Positions 25,961-37,009 of a stretch of 64,000 nt of DNA are shown here, piece after piece; position 1 is the stretch's first letter; each line of letters starts with the position of its first letter. The stretch is from Fimicolochytrium jonesii. Its lineage: Eukaryota. Location: contig NW_026515669.1 of assembly GCF_025526975.1 (NCBI RefSeq), forward strand, positions 496,001 through 560,000. Reading direction: 5' to 3'. A program made the translations under genes and the position numbers. The notes beneath the pieces were generated by a model. It made no database searches, was not told the origin of the DNA, and saw only the letters and a program-made list of their open reading frames with translations.

Positions 25961-26483
25961 ATTGACGGTTTAGTTGGGTGTAGGAGAGAGGGGGAGAAAA
26001 CCGCTTGTTGCTGGCGAGCCAAAGAAAAGACCAAGCAGCTCGGGGGCTGCGCCACTTGGGGGCCCTGACAGGAGGTGCGCGCGGGTGCGAGGCGGCAGCG
26101 GGCGGCAGAGGGGGGGGTGCGTGAGCGAGCAGTGAGTAACGGGGAAGAAACAGCGCGGAAACAACTGCGCGTGAGCTCACGGCCGGCGGAGGGGCCGCTT
26201 GGACAAGATGGACAGGCATCCACGATATCTCCTCCCCTCCATGTCCACCTTTGGCACCGTCCCACGTTCCACAGGTCGTCCCGCTCCCGCAGGCTTGTCT
26301 AGTACAAGGATGGAGTCGTCGGCTATATAATAACTCGAGAGCAGGGCTTCGACCGGTCGCCCATCTTGCATCGTCTGCATACAGTACAACAAGTCAGTCA
26401 GTCTACTAGTGCAAGACCGCACACTGCCGAAGAAAACACCCAACCGACCAACGACGAGCATCCCGATCCCCACCCCGCCAACG

Positions 26484-27347
26484 ATGACAGCCACCGACCC
26501 TACCCTCACCACCATAACCCCACCCCGCCGCCCCTCCCAACGCCGTGCCCTCCTCCCCCTCTCCCTAGTCCCCTTCTTCCCCATCCTCCTCAGCACCCTC
26601 CCCCTCATCGGCACCTTCCTGCCCAGGTGGCTCACCTTCCTCCTCCCCCTCCTTCCGACCGCCCACATCCTGCACACCTACACCCGCAAGTCCTCCACAA
26701 CCCACATCGTCCCCCGCCGCGTCACCGCCCAAATCGACGGCGATTTCGTCGTCTTCCTCATCGGCGCCAAACTCAACACCTTGAATGCGTGGACCGGCGG
26801 CGAGGGCATATGGACCGGCGAGGCATTCGGGGCCATGGTTGCAGAGTTACGGCAGAACCCGGAGCTGGGGTGTTTGGCCATTGAGGAGTTTTTCGGGGCG
26901 GATGGGGCCGCGACGGATACGTTGAGCGTGCAGTATTGGAGGAGCGCGGAGGATCTGCATCGGTATGCGAGGGATGGGATGAGGAAGCATCTGGGCCCGA
27001 TGATGCGGTCTACCAAGGTATGTGCCGCCCGCGAGAGGGGGCAGTGTGAGTCCACCCGCGCGTCTGGGCGGAGATACTTCCTCAGCAAACCTTCTCTCTC
27101 TCTCTCTCTCGCATTCCAGAACTCCAAACTCAACCCACACCCCGACATCGGCATCTGGCACGAGACTTACTCCGTCCGCGCCGGCGAGTACGAGAGCATC
27201 TACCTCAACATGCCCGAGTTTGGGCTCTCCCGCGCAGGGAGAATGGTTGACCCAGGACGTGCCCGCATGACCATGATGCAGCGGATGGGGAAGGTTGAGG
27301 AACCGGATGTTGTGGAGGGGATGAGGCCGTATATGGATGAGTTGTGA
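26484..27347 (+). CDS. DUF4188 family protein (Af470-like putative monooxygenase) with N-terminal hydrophobic segments; intron about 27018-27119
   Basis: DGDFVVFLIG, VQYWRSAEDLHRYAR, IGIWHETYSV..GEYESIYLNMPEFGL. Confidence 0.85.
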   Translation: MTATDPTLTTITPPRRPSQRRALLPLSLVPFFPILLSTLPLIGTFLPRWLTFLLPLLPTAHILHTYTRKSSTTHIVPRRVTAQIDGDFVVFLIGAKLNTLNAWTGGEGIWTGEAFGAMVAELRQNPELGCLAIEEFFGADGAATDTLSVQYWRSAEDLHRYARDGMRKHLGPMMRSTKVCAARERGQCESTRASGRRYFLSKPSLSLSLAFQNSKLNPHPDIGIWHETYSVRAGEYESIYLNMPEFGLSRAGRMVDPGRARMTMMQRMGKVEEPDVVEGMRPYMDEL

Positions 27348-28090
27348 GGAGGGGAGGATCATCGATTGGAGGAGATCTATATTTACTTCGGGTTACGACC
27401 GTTACCAATGAGCAATTACGAGAACGAAAGGATCCCTGTGAATTCAAGGGATGCTCGCCAAGACCCGCCCGCCAGGAGAGCCACTGCGGGTTCGAGGAGA
27501 ATGACTTCGTTTCCCGATCATATGACGGCAGAACGGTTGCAATTGGCAGAGGGGGAGGGAGGTAGCCGCAGCAGCCGCAGGCGACTTGGGAAATTGACTT
27601 TGTTCTGGGTGGGGTTCCACGCTGCCCCATACTACGTAGTAGATACGCTTTGTGACATGCATGATCTGCTGTAACCCACTCCCACGAATAGTGCAGAATA
27701 TGTAGTGTTTACATGTGAATTGAAACTAGCAAAATGCATATACAAACGAATAAAACGGATGAGATCATTGAAAACTATATGAGGGGCGAACCCACTCCCA
27801 CGCGCTCCTGAACCCTCCCACGAAAAAGATTGACCCATTACAACCCACGGCCCCATGCAGCACAGCACGCCCCAAGCCAAAAAAGAAATAGAACAATGAG
27901 AAGAAAACTCATAGATACGCTGAATGAACGTGTGCGCAACGCAACGCAACGCAGCGCACATATGCACAAAACCATGGTGACTGACAGGCTTCCCGAACGC
28001 CGAGCCAAATCACATACCCTCGTCTCCCGCGCACACCTCCTCCTCCCCACCCCTCCAACGCTATATCCCGATATCCCTAGATCCCCAGAT

Positions 28091-29744
28091 CTAAGAAGTA
28101 GCCCCCGCAATGACCCCCTGCGCGATCCCCGTAACCACATTCAACGACGTGCTCCAAAAGTAGTAGTTTCCCATCAACACCAGACTCGTCGAGAACCTCG
28201 CAAACCTAATGAACTGCCTGATTGCCTCGACGACCTGTGCAACGACTTCGCTGACGATACGGTTGAGCTTATCCGCCCACTGGGTATATTTAGCCAGATC
28301 GTCTGCTTTGCGTTTATGCGCTGCGCGGATGTCCATCTCAAAGTTGCGGTAGTTGCGGTCCCATGTTGTTTTTGCGATGGCGGCGGGTTGGGCGGGGACG
28401 AGTTTTGTTGTGAAGGATTCGAGGTCGTTCAGGCATGTGTTTGCTGCGCCCTCGACTTCGCGGAGGATGGTGCGGAGGTGTTTGCGGCCGTTGACTTGGA
28501 CGGGGTGGTTCCCCTGTTTGCGGACGCGGGCGATGAAGTCGGTCCAGACGGCGTTGGCGGCTTCCGCAGCCATGTTGGCAACGAGGGCCTCGGTGGCGCT
28601 GATCATGTTGTAGCGGTTGCCACCGTCGCGGATCTGGGCGAGGAGTTCGTTGATGAGTTGGACGATGACGGAGCCGTCGACGGGGACGCCGCCGATGACG
28701 GAGGGTTGAAGGTCTTCGGCGAGGCTGTCGGCGAGGGTGGCGATGGCTTCGTTGTAGACGGCGGTGTTGCCGGCCATATTGAAGGGGAGTTTGGCGAAGC
28801 GGACTGAGAAGCGTTCACGGATGAGGGAGCGGACGCGGTTGGTTTGCTCGTCGCCGTCGATCTCGGAGAGGAGGTCGTCTAGCAGGATCCGGTCGGGGAT
28901 GTCGCCATTGATGGTCATGTTTTCGACGAGTACGAGTTCGCGCGTCATATCCACCTCTTCTCCGCTCGTCGCGTGGCCCATGTTGATGACCTGCATGACG
29001 GTGTCGAGGCCGCCAGTGGTGAAACAGCCCCTTTCGAAAGCATACATCCGCGTTGATAGGCGGGCCGCGAGACCAATGACGAAGGGAAGAGCTGTCTGGT
29101 TGTGGTTGGCGCCGCCCTCACAGTCGAGAAATACTATGGTTCCGGGACCCCGAGGGTTGTCAAACACCAGCATGTCGATTCCGTGTGTGCAGGGTACGTT
29201 TCCCGGTGCACTGATGAACTTGTGGTCATCATTGCCAGTCAAATGTGACCTGATCTTGCTCGCCGTAAATGATTTACCCGATCTAGTGAACGAACGAACG
29301 AAGTGAGTAAGTCGGTGAGCGAAGCGAAGCGGTTGGATGAGCGAAGCGAAGGTTGGTTGGATGTGCTCAATAAGGACCGCAGCGAGGGGAGTTTTCCGCT
29401 CTCTCTCACTCCGTTAGGCCGCATTTTCACGCTGGCGTTCGAGAATCAGAAAATTACCTCCCAAATCCCGTAAAAGCGACCACATGAATGGGCATCTCCA
29501 ACTGAGTCAAAATCTGTTCCGCTTGCGGTGTGATCCCGGTCGCAACATATTTGATTGAGTTTGACCCTGGCGCAATCGGTTGGGAAATGACTTTGACGAG
29601 AGGGACAGGTTGCGGGAGTAGTCTCCAGTCTACCGAAGGACTAGTGGCCTTCCTAGTTCTCGCCATGAGGTTGCTGAAAGTCGAGGATACGCCCTCCAGA
29701 GCCCCACTTCCGGCGTCTGCGGCTGCCCGTACTGAGATGGACAT
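28091..29744 (-). CDS. Guanylate-binding protein (GBP)/atlastin-like large GTPase (intron 29283-29457)
   Basis: IHVVAFTGFGR/SGKS P-loop across the intron, PCTHGI (G2), FLDCEG (G3), then a helical region and hydrophobic C-terminus. Confidence 0.82.
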
Positions 29745-29891
29745 CTTTTTCTTGGCGCTGATGTGTTTTGTGTGAGGGAGTGGGTGGGTGGGTGGTTTCA
29801 GGTGGTGGGAAAGTGACGTGCAATGCGTCTCCGAGTGGAGAAAGTTATTGAGTATCCTCCCTCAGTTCAGTGGTGAGTACGTTACGTGCGA

Positions 29892-29928
29892 GGTATTGGT
29901 AAGTGGTATTGGTATTGGTATTGGTATT
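29892..29928. repeat. (GGTATT)n microsatellite upstream of the GBP-like gene
   Basis: Five exact GGTATT units plus one variant unit. Confidence 0.85.
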
Positions 29929-31169
29929 TGTATGGAAGAGGGGTGGTGGTTGTGTGGGAGTGGGGATGAACGTCAGTCAAGGAGTACGGGCGGATGGAGA
30001 GGGTTGAGAGAGCGCTGTGCGAGACGTCACGAAGGACGCTTGTGCCTTTTGCCTCCCATTGTATATGTACTGTACTGTAACAGTAGCATCATCCCTCCCG
30101 CGCGTGCTCTTTCTTCGCTGGCAGCCTCAGTCCCCGGGCGTTAGGGTTAGCGCTGTCCCGTCGATATCCATCTCTTTACCTTATGATGGGCGTGGTGGAC
30201 TGCGATCCGCTTTTGAAGATGTTGCATAACAGGGCCGCGGGGCAGTGGTTTTGAACCTGATGGTGCCGCGATTCGCGGAGGGGATGGTCGTCACCAAGGT
30301 GACAAAGGAGATCGGCTCCAGCAGCCGCTTAAAATGGCGGACGAATGCGGTTAGCTCACCGAATCGTTTCTCGTGAGACCTCAAAAATTGCCCGTACGTG
30401 GTTCGACCGTCGGATGATGGGCGTCAACCCGATGCCCCGCTTCTGAGTATCCATCAGTGCGGCGAGATTGATGTCCTTTCGCCAAACTGTTGCTTTGGTA
30501 TACTCCTCGCTACAATAGCAGCTTCGGAATGTTCGAGAAGGGTTAGTGGTTGTGGTTGTGCCTTCCGGTTCGGCGACTTTGTTGAAATAAGCTTTGCCTC
30601 GGATCATTCTGCTGAGAGTATCGGTGGGTCCTGTTGCGGGGTAGCCGGCTGCGAGGGTCTGCACCTGCTCCCGCAGACCCTACCCCCATCCGTGAGCGCT
30701 TCCTTGTCGTAGTTGGCGCCAAGAGTCCGGCGGTTCCCGTAGAAGAGCCCCCACAAGTCTGCGCCAGAGGGCATCCCATCTTTCCTGGTCGCACTTCCTA
30801 TAGAGTGCCCGGATGAGGCGCCGGACCGGACCACCGGCAACATCTATCGCTTCAACATCCGTAACATCATCAACTCCCCTGTCATGAACAATCAGCCAGA
30901 ATCTTACCACCCCAGATGCCTCGTCAACCTCTTCGTGGAGATCGTTTGTGGAGCCCATACGAGTGGTGCTCCAAAAACAGGTTATGGACGTCGTGGGTTG
31001 AAAGTGCTGTGGCGACACGTTTTGGGCGGGGGATGGATGACTAAGCAAGATTGCGTGCGCGACTTCTCTCGATTGCTTAAAAGAGACCACCCCTTCCGTC
31101 CCTGTCCACCCACCCCGCAACGGACGAACATCCCCTCCAAGTAACCCACCGCCTCCTCTCGTACGCAAC

Positions 31170-32090
31170 ATGACAGTCTCAACCGACCCCGCCCTCTACT
31201 CAGACGTCAAAATCGCAGTCATCGGCGGCTCAGGCCTCTACCACCTCGACCACCTCACCCTCCTCGGCGAAATCAACCCTCTAACCCCCTGGGGCCACCC
31301 CTCCGACCACATCATCATCCAGCAGACCCCCTCCGGCCACAAAATCGCCTTCCTCGCCCGCCACGGCCGCGGCCACTTCCTCAACCCGTCTGAAGTGCCC
31401 ACCAAAGCGAATATCGCGGCGTTGAAGCATATCGGCGTGGAGGTGATTCTTGCGTTTAGTGCGGTGGGCAGTCTGAGGGAGGAGATCAAGCCGCGGGATT
31501 TCGTGGTGCCTGACCAGATCGTGGACCGCACGAAGGGGATCCGACCTTCCACATTCTTTGAGAACGGTGTGACGGGCCATGTCGGGTTCGCAGACCCTTT
31601 TGACGCAGACCTCGCCAAACTGGTGCTCGAACAGGCTGCAAAGGCCTGCAAAGACGTGACCTTCCACTCCCAAAAGACCTTGGTGTGCATGGAAGGCCCC
31701 GCCTTCTCCACCCGCGCCGAATCGAAACTGTACCGCGCCTGGGGCTGCGATATCATCAACATGTCGGTTCTCCCCGAAGCCAAGCTGGCGCGGGAGGCCG
31801 AGATTGGCTATCAGATGATCTGCATGTCGACGGACTACGATTGCTGGAAGGAGAGCGAGGAGGCGGTTTCGGTCGAGGCTGTTATTGCGAATCTAGGCGC
31901 CAACTCGGGGAATGCTAAGCAGTTGCTTTTGGCGTTGATTCCGGAGGTTACGAGGGCGTTGGAGGCGGGCGAGTTGAGGGGGGTCAAGGCGCTCAAGGGG
32001 GCGAATAAGTGGGCGGTCATTACGGCCAAGGAGAAGAGGAATGTGGAGGAGGTTAAGAAGCTGGAGTACATTCTGCCGGGACACTTCTAG
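31170..32090 (+). CDS. MEU1: S-methyl-5'-thioadenosine phosphorylase (intronless)
   Basis: IAVIGGSGLY, TPWGHPSD, FLARHG, AVGSLREEI, MEGPAFSTRAES, INMSVLPEAKLAREAE, STDYDCW. Confidence 0.97.
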   Translation: MTVSTDPALYSDVKIAVIGGSGLYHLDHLTLLGEINPLTPWGHPSDHIIIQQTPSGHKIAFLARHGRGHFLNPSEVPTKANIAALKHIGVEVILAFSAVGSLREEIKPRDFVVPDQIVDRTKGIRPSTFFENGVTGHVGFADPFDADLAKLVLEQAAKACKDVTFHSQKTLVCMEGPAFSTRAESKLYRAWGCDIINMSVLPEAKLAREAEIGYQMICMSTDYDCWKESEEAVSVEAVIANLGANSGNAKQLLLALIPEVTRALEAGELRGVKALKGANKWAVITAKEKRNVEEVKKLEYILPGHF

Positions 32091-32287
32091 ATCGACTACC
32101 TCAGATAGTGCAGTCTACCTCGGCCAGCACATCATGTATACATTCAGACTAGGGACGAGTCTCTTAGCATTAGGCAACTTGACTTTTTATATATGGACAT
32201 CATGCATTCATACGGCGTATCTCTCTCACAAGGGATTCATATGCTTGAACAATCCTATCATTTGCAATGGTATAAGTTGATGCTGCA

Positions 32288-34351
32288 CTACTCCATATGA
32301 AACATCCCCGCCAAATCATCATTCCCCATCCCCTCCTCCGTCTGCGCATACAAACTCTCTGAGTACCCAAACGAGAGACCGACAATCAGCTCTCAATTCC
32401 AACGAATCCAATCAGGAAACGAAGCACAACTTACCAACAGCCTCATTGATAACATCACACCTCGACCCCCGATGATCCCTCGCCTTCGTATACGCCAACA
32501 GCGCTTTGCTCTTGTTTCCCAACGCTTTGTGGATCCGGCCGATCAGGAGGAAGACGTTGCTTTCGGATTGCGTGAAGCCCTCGAGGGGTGCGAGGAGGTG
32601 TAGGGCTTTCTAGATGGGTTCGAAGAGTGGGGTTCGCCGTTAGTTTGGCGTGGTGGTGGGGTGAGGAGGAGATTGGGAGGTGGGGGTGGGGTTACCTCGT
32701 ATTGTTTTTCTTGCACGAGGGCGTAGGCTAGTCGGAACCTATACAGCGGGTTCTTTTCGTCGAGTTTGACTGCCTTCTCGAAAGCTGATATTGCTTTTTC
32801 GGGGTGTTCTAGTTTTTGCAGGATCTGGTCGCGTAAGAGAGTGGATTGAGACATCAGTCGATGGATCGCGGATGTCCATATGGATTGAACGTTGCTTACG
32901 ACTCCGAGATGGTATTGGATGATAGGGTTCCGGGGATTTATCTTGATGGCTTTGTCGTAGTGGAATTGGGCGGTGCGGTAGTTTTCTTGTTGGAAGAATA
33001 TTTCCCCCATTCCGAACCTGACATGCAAAGGACAACCCTTCAATACACAATCACATAATGAGCGCTGTGCATCGTGTGTGAGAAGCCAAACTCACCAAGC
33101 ATTAAACGGCCCCGGCTCAATCCGTATCGATTTCTGGAAATAGTCCACAGACTTCTCGAATTCTTCTTTCATCTTATACTCGAACCCCGTAAGCGTATAC
33201 GCGTAGTAATAATAGGGGTCCAGCTGAATCGCCCGCGAAAAGCACTTGATAGCCAACTCATGCTCCTGCCGCAAACTGTACAGGTTCCCCACAATACACC
33301 ACGTCTGCGGCGCCAACCGGTCATTCGCTTCCATATCCTTTGCCAAGAATGCCAGCTCGACTTCTTCCCTAAGGTGCCACAAACAACTGCCAAACAGGTC
33401 GAGCCCGTCTAACCGCCACGGCTCCAGATCCCTCGCTTCTCGGAAATGCTTGGCTGCTTCGGGGTATCGCGCGATTTCGTAGAAGCAGCGGGCCATCTGT
33501 GTCATCACCCACCCGGTTTTCAGATGTGCTTCGCTGACCCCTGCGAACGCTTGCAGGGCTTCGCGGCTTTCGTAGCGGGTGAGGTGGCGGTATGCGGCGC
33601 CGAGGAGCTGGAAGTCGTGGAGGATAGCGTCGCCGGCGGATGTGGCGCGTTTCTTGCGTTGGGGCTGGGTGTCGGTTGCGTCGTCGGCGTCGGAGGTAGG
33701 GCCGCTTTCGGGTTTGCGTTCTCCGTCCCGATTCCGTTTCCTGCTCTGGGCCTTTTTGGAGGGATTCGGATTCGCTGGTGCTGCAGGTCGTGGTATTAAC
33801 GTTGGTGCAGTGCGCGCTCCGAACACCAGCTCGCTCTCGGGTGCCGTCCGCAAATCGCACAGTTCCTGGTACGCGTCCCACAAGAATGGACTCAGCTCCA
33901 AAGCCCTCATGAATGACAGCGTCGCTTCCTCCTTCTTCCCCGCCCGTCGACATATCTTGCCCAGCAGACAGTACACATGCTCCATCGCCAGCCCCTCATC
34001 CGCCATCCCATCATCCGTCTCCATCTCATCACCACTCGTCCTCGTTTTTGCCCTCGCGACCGATTCCAACACGTATCGCAACGCCTGCTCGCCCTCCTGC
34101 AAAAAGTCCAGCTCCAGACAGCATTTCGCAAACAGGAACCGCGATGGCGCGTAGGATTGCCCCTCGAGGACCCTGTATGCTGCGTGTTTGAGGTTCTTGA
34201 GAAAGTAGGATTTGCCTTGGAAGTAGGTTGCGCGTGGGGATTCGGGGTAGCAGGCGACGAGACGTTCGGAGAGGAAGAGGGCGTTGGAGTAGTCAAAGTG
34301 GGCGAGGGAGGACTCGATGAGCTTTTCGTAGAGAGCGGCTTGGTCGTCCAT
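32288..34351 (-). CDS. CDC27: Anaphase-promoting complex subunit Cdc27/APC3 (TPR), multi-exon
   Basis: NALFLSERL, RFLFAKCCLEL, SPFLWDAYQELC, APQTWCIVGNLYSLRQEHELAIKCFSRAIQLDP..YAYTLTGFE. Confidence 0.93.
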
Positions 34352-34767
34352 GACGGCGGGCGGATACTTCTGATACCCCCCAAAAAAGGGAGATTTAAGA
34401 TCACTTTGGCGTCTCCGCCGATTCGGGGGTCGTTGAGCCTGTTCCAGAGCCTGTTCAACTGTCTGAGCCCTCACGCGTGCGCGGGTTTATTCAGGGTTTA
34501 TCTCCCCGGTCACGTGGCACACAGGAGAACACGGTAGAGGACTCCTTTGTCGTTGCAGACCAGAAGGAGTCATCGCACGCAGATCAGATCAGATCACGGC
34601 GTGCACTCACTCCACTGGGAGGACGCTGACTAGGAGACCCGATCCCACTGGGACGCTGAGACTAGGACGCAACGTCCTTCTCGCATCCCTTTTTTTCGGC
34701 GTGGGAAAACCAACCTCGCGGCTTTCAACACCTTCGCTCGGCGTATATCCAGCATCAGAAACTACAT

Positions 34768-34800
<33 letters not shown>
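34768..34800 (+). repeat. (ACA)11 microsatellite abutting the GUA1 start codon
   Basis: 33 nt of ACA repeats whose last A is the A of the ATG. Confidence 0.95.
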
Positions 34801-36694
34801 TGGCCGAAGAAGTCTCGCAGCAGTACGACACCATCCTCATCCTGGACTTTGGCTCCCAGTACACCCACTTGATTGCAAGGCGTATCAGAGAGCTCGGCGT
34901 CTACTGTGAATTGCTCGCTTGCACAGTCAAGGTCTCCGAACTCAAGTTCAAGCCTGCCGGTGGGTGGTGCCCTCTTTTGATTGATGGGATCGGGTCTCGA
35001 TGTTTCGGATAGCTGACGATATTGTGTTTGTGTTTGAATAGGTATCATTCTGTCCGGAAGTCCCTACTCCGTATATGACAAAGACGCACCTCACGTCGAC
35101 CCGGCAATTTGGGGGCTGGGACTCCCCATCCTTGGGATCTGCTATGGGCTGCAGGTGGGGTTGGGGGGTGCTTTCGTAACCGTGGGGATCCCACTATCGG
35201 AATGTTCGCTGAACATTATGTGACGACCACTAGGAAATCGCATGGACAAAAGGCGGAAAGGTAGAACCCCACGACAAGCGCGAGTACGGCAAAGCCACCA
35301 TCCAGATCCAACCCGAGAACCAACTCTTCGCCGGTCTCACCAACGACATCACCGTATGGATGAGCCACGGCGACCAGCTCTCCCAACCACCAGCCGGTTT
35401 CACCTCGGTCGCCCACACCGCCACCTCTCCCTTCACCGCCATCGAGAAGCACGACGAGCGGATATACGGACTGCAGTTCCACCCTGAAGTCACCCACACG
35501 CCCGAGGGATCCATCATCCTCAAAAATTTCGTCATTGGAATCTGCAATGCGACTCCCAACTGGACCATGGCGTCCTTTGTCGACAAGGAGATTGAGCGGA
35601 TCCGGAACGTTGTCGGACCAACCGCACAGGTCATCGGCGCCGTCAGCGGTGGTGTTGACAGCACCGTCGCCGCGATGATCATGAGCAAAGCCATCGGCGA
35701 CCGGTTCCACGCCATCCTGGTCGACAACGGCGTGATGCGTCTCAACGAGTGTCAGATCGTGCAGGAGACCCTGCAAAAGCATCTCGGGATCAACCTCACT
35801 GTCGCTGATGCCCACGATCTCTTCTTGGGCCGCTTGAAGGGTGTAACTGACCCTGAGAAGAAGAGGAAGATCATTGGAAACACCTTCATTGAGGTGTTTG
35901 AAGCTGAGGGGCTTAAGATCGAGGCGCAGGTTGAGCAGGAGGGAAGGGGGAAGATTGAGTTCTTGCTGCAGGGCACATTATACCCTGATGTCATTGAGTC
36001 TATCTCGTTCAAGGGTCCTTCTGCTACCATCAAGACGCATCACGTACGTCAACAAGTCATTCCCCTCATATCAGCCCTCCCTGCACAAGGACATCAACCT
36101 AACAACTCAATTTTCCCCCCCACAACAGAACGTCGGCGGCCTCCTCGACGACATGAAACTCAAAGTGATCGAACCCCTCCGCGAGCTCTTCAAAGACGAA
36201 GTCCGCGCCCTCGGCGCCATCATGGGCATCGACGACGAGCTCGTCTGGCGACACCCCTTCCCCGGCCCGGGCATCGCTATCCGGATCCTCGGTGAAGTCA
36301 CACCGGAGCAGGTCGCGATCGTCAGACAGGCGGATCATATCTATATCTCGGAGATTAAGGCGGCGGGGCTTTATAGGAAGATTTCGCAAGGTATGTTGTT
36401 GTGGCCTTGCGAAGCTTTGTGCGTCTGGTTTTAACCAACCCCTTTTGGTCTACAGCCTACGCAGCCCTCCTCCCCATCCGCTCCGTCGGCGTCATGGGCG
36501 ACAAACGCACCTACGAGCAAGTTATCGCCCTGCGCGCAGTCGAAACAAAAGATTTCATGACCGCAGACTGGTACGAGTTCCCTTACGACGTCCTCAAGCG
36601 CATCTCGAGCAGGATCATCAACGAGGTGCAGGGAGTTAACCGCGTCGTGTATGATGTGAGCTCGAAGCCACCCGCGACGATCGAGTGGGAATAG
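34800..36694 (+). CDS. GUA1: GMP synthase (glutamine-hydrolysing), 5 exons
   Basis: [74 protein letters not shown]. Confidence 0.98.
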
Positions 36695-37009
36695 GCTTGT
36701 TGAGGGATATGTTGTGGTGGTGCGGGACGTGCTTAGATGTTGTCTGTGTTCCATTTTTATCATTTTTTTTCGCATGTGTTTATTTATACAGAACATGATA
36801 GATTTGCTACAGATGCAGTCGTGCTGGACTAAGCTACAAATATGCAGCTAAATCTACTCAAGGGATGCTCACCCACCTCTCCCTCCCGATCGCAGCCGAG
36901 GCTAGATAGCACACGGCACAATGCAAAATTCACAAAACGATAGAACCAGATCTAACGCCGACGCTCTAGGGACTCACACAACCAAAACCCCCAAACCCGA
37001 CCGGAGTTT

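Noticed and set aside
27830..28807. 325-aa plus-strand ORF
   Set aside because: Antisense shadow of the GBP-like gene, as with most long overlapping ORFs in this GC-rich window (e.g. 23666-24457, 33579-34154, 35216-35815)
31170..36694. MTAP and GMP synthase proximity as a purine gene cluster
   Set aside because: They are separated by the unrelated CDC27, and two genes are insufficient evidence
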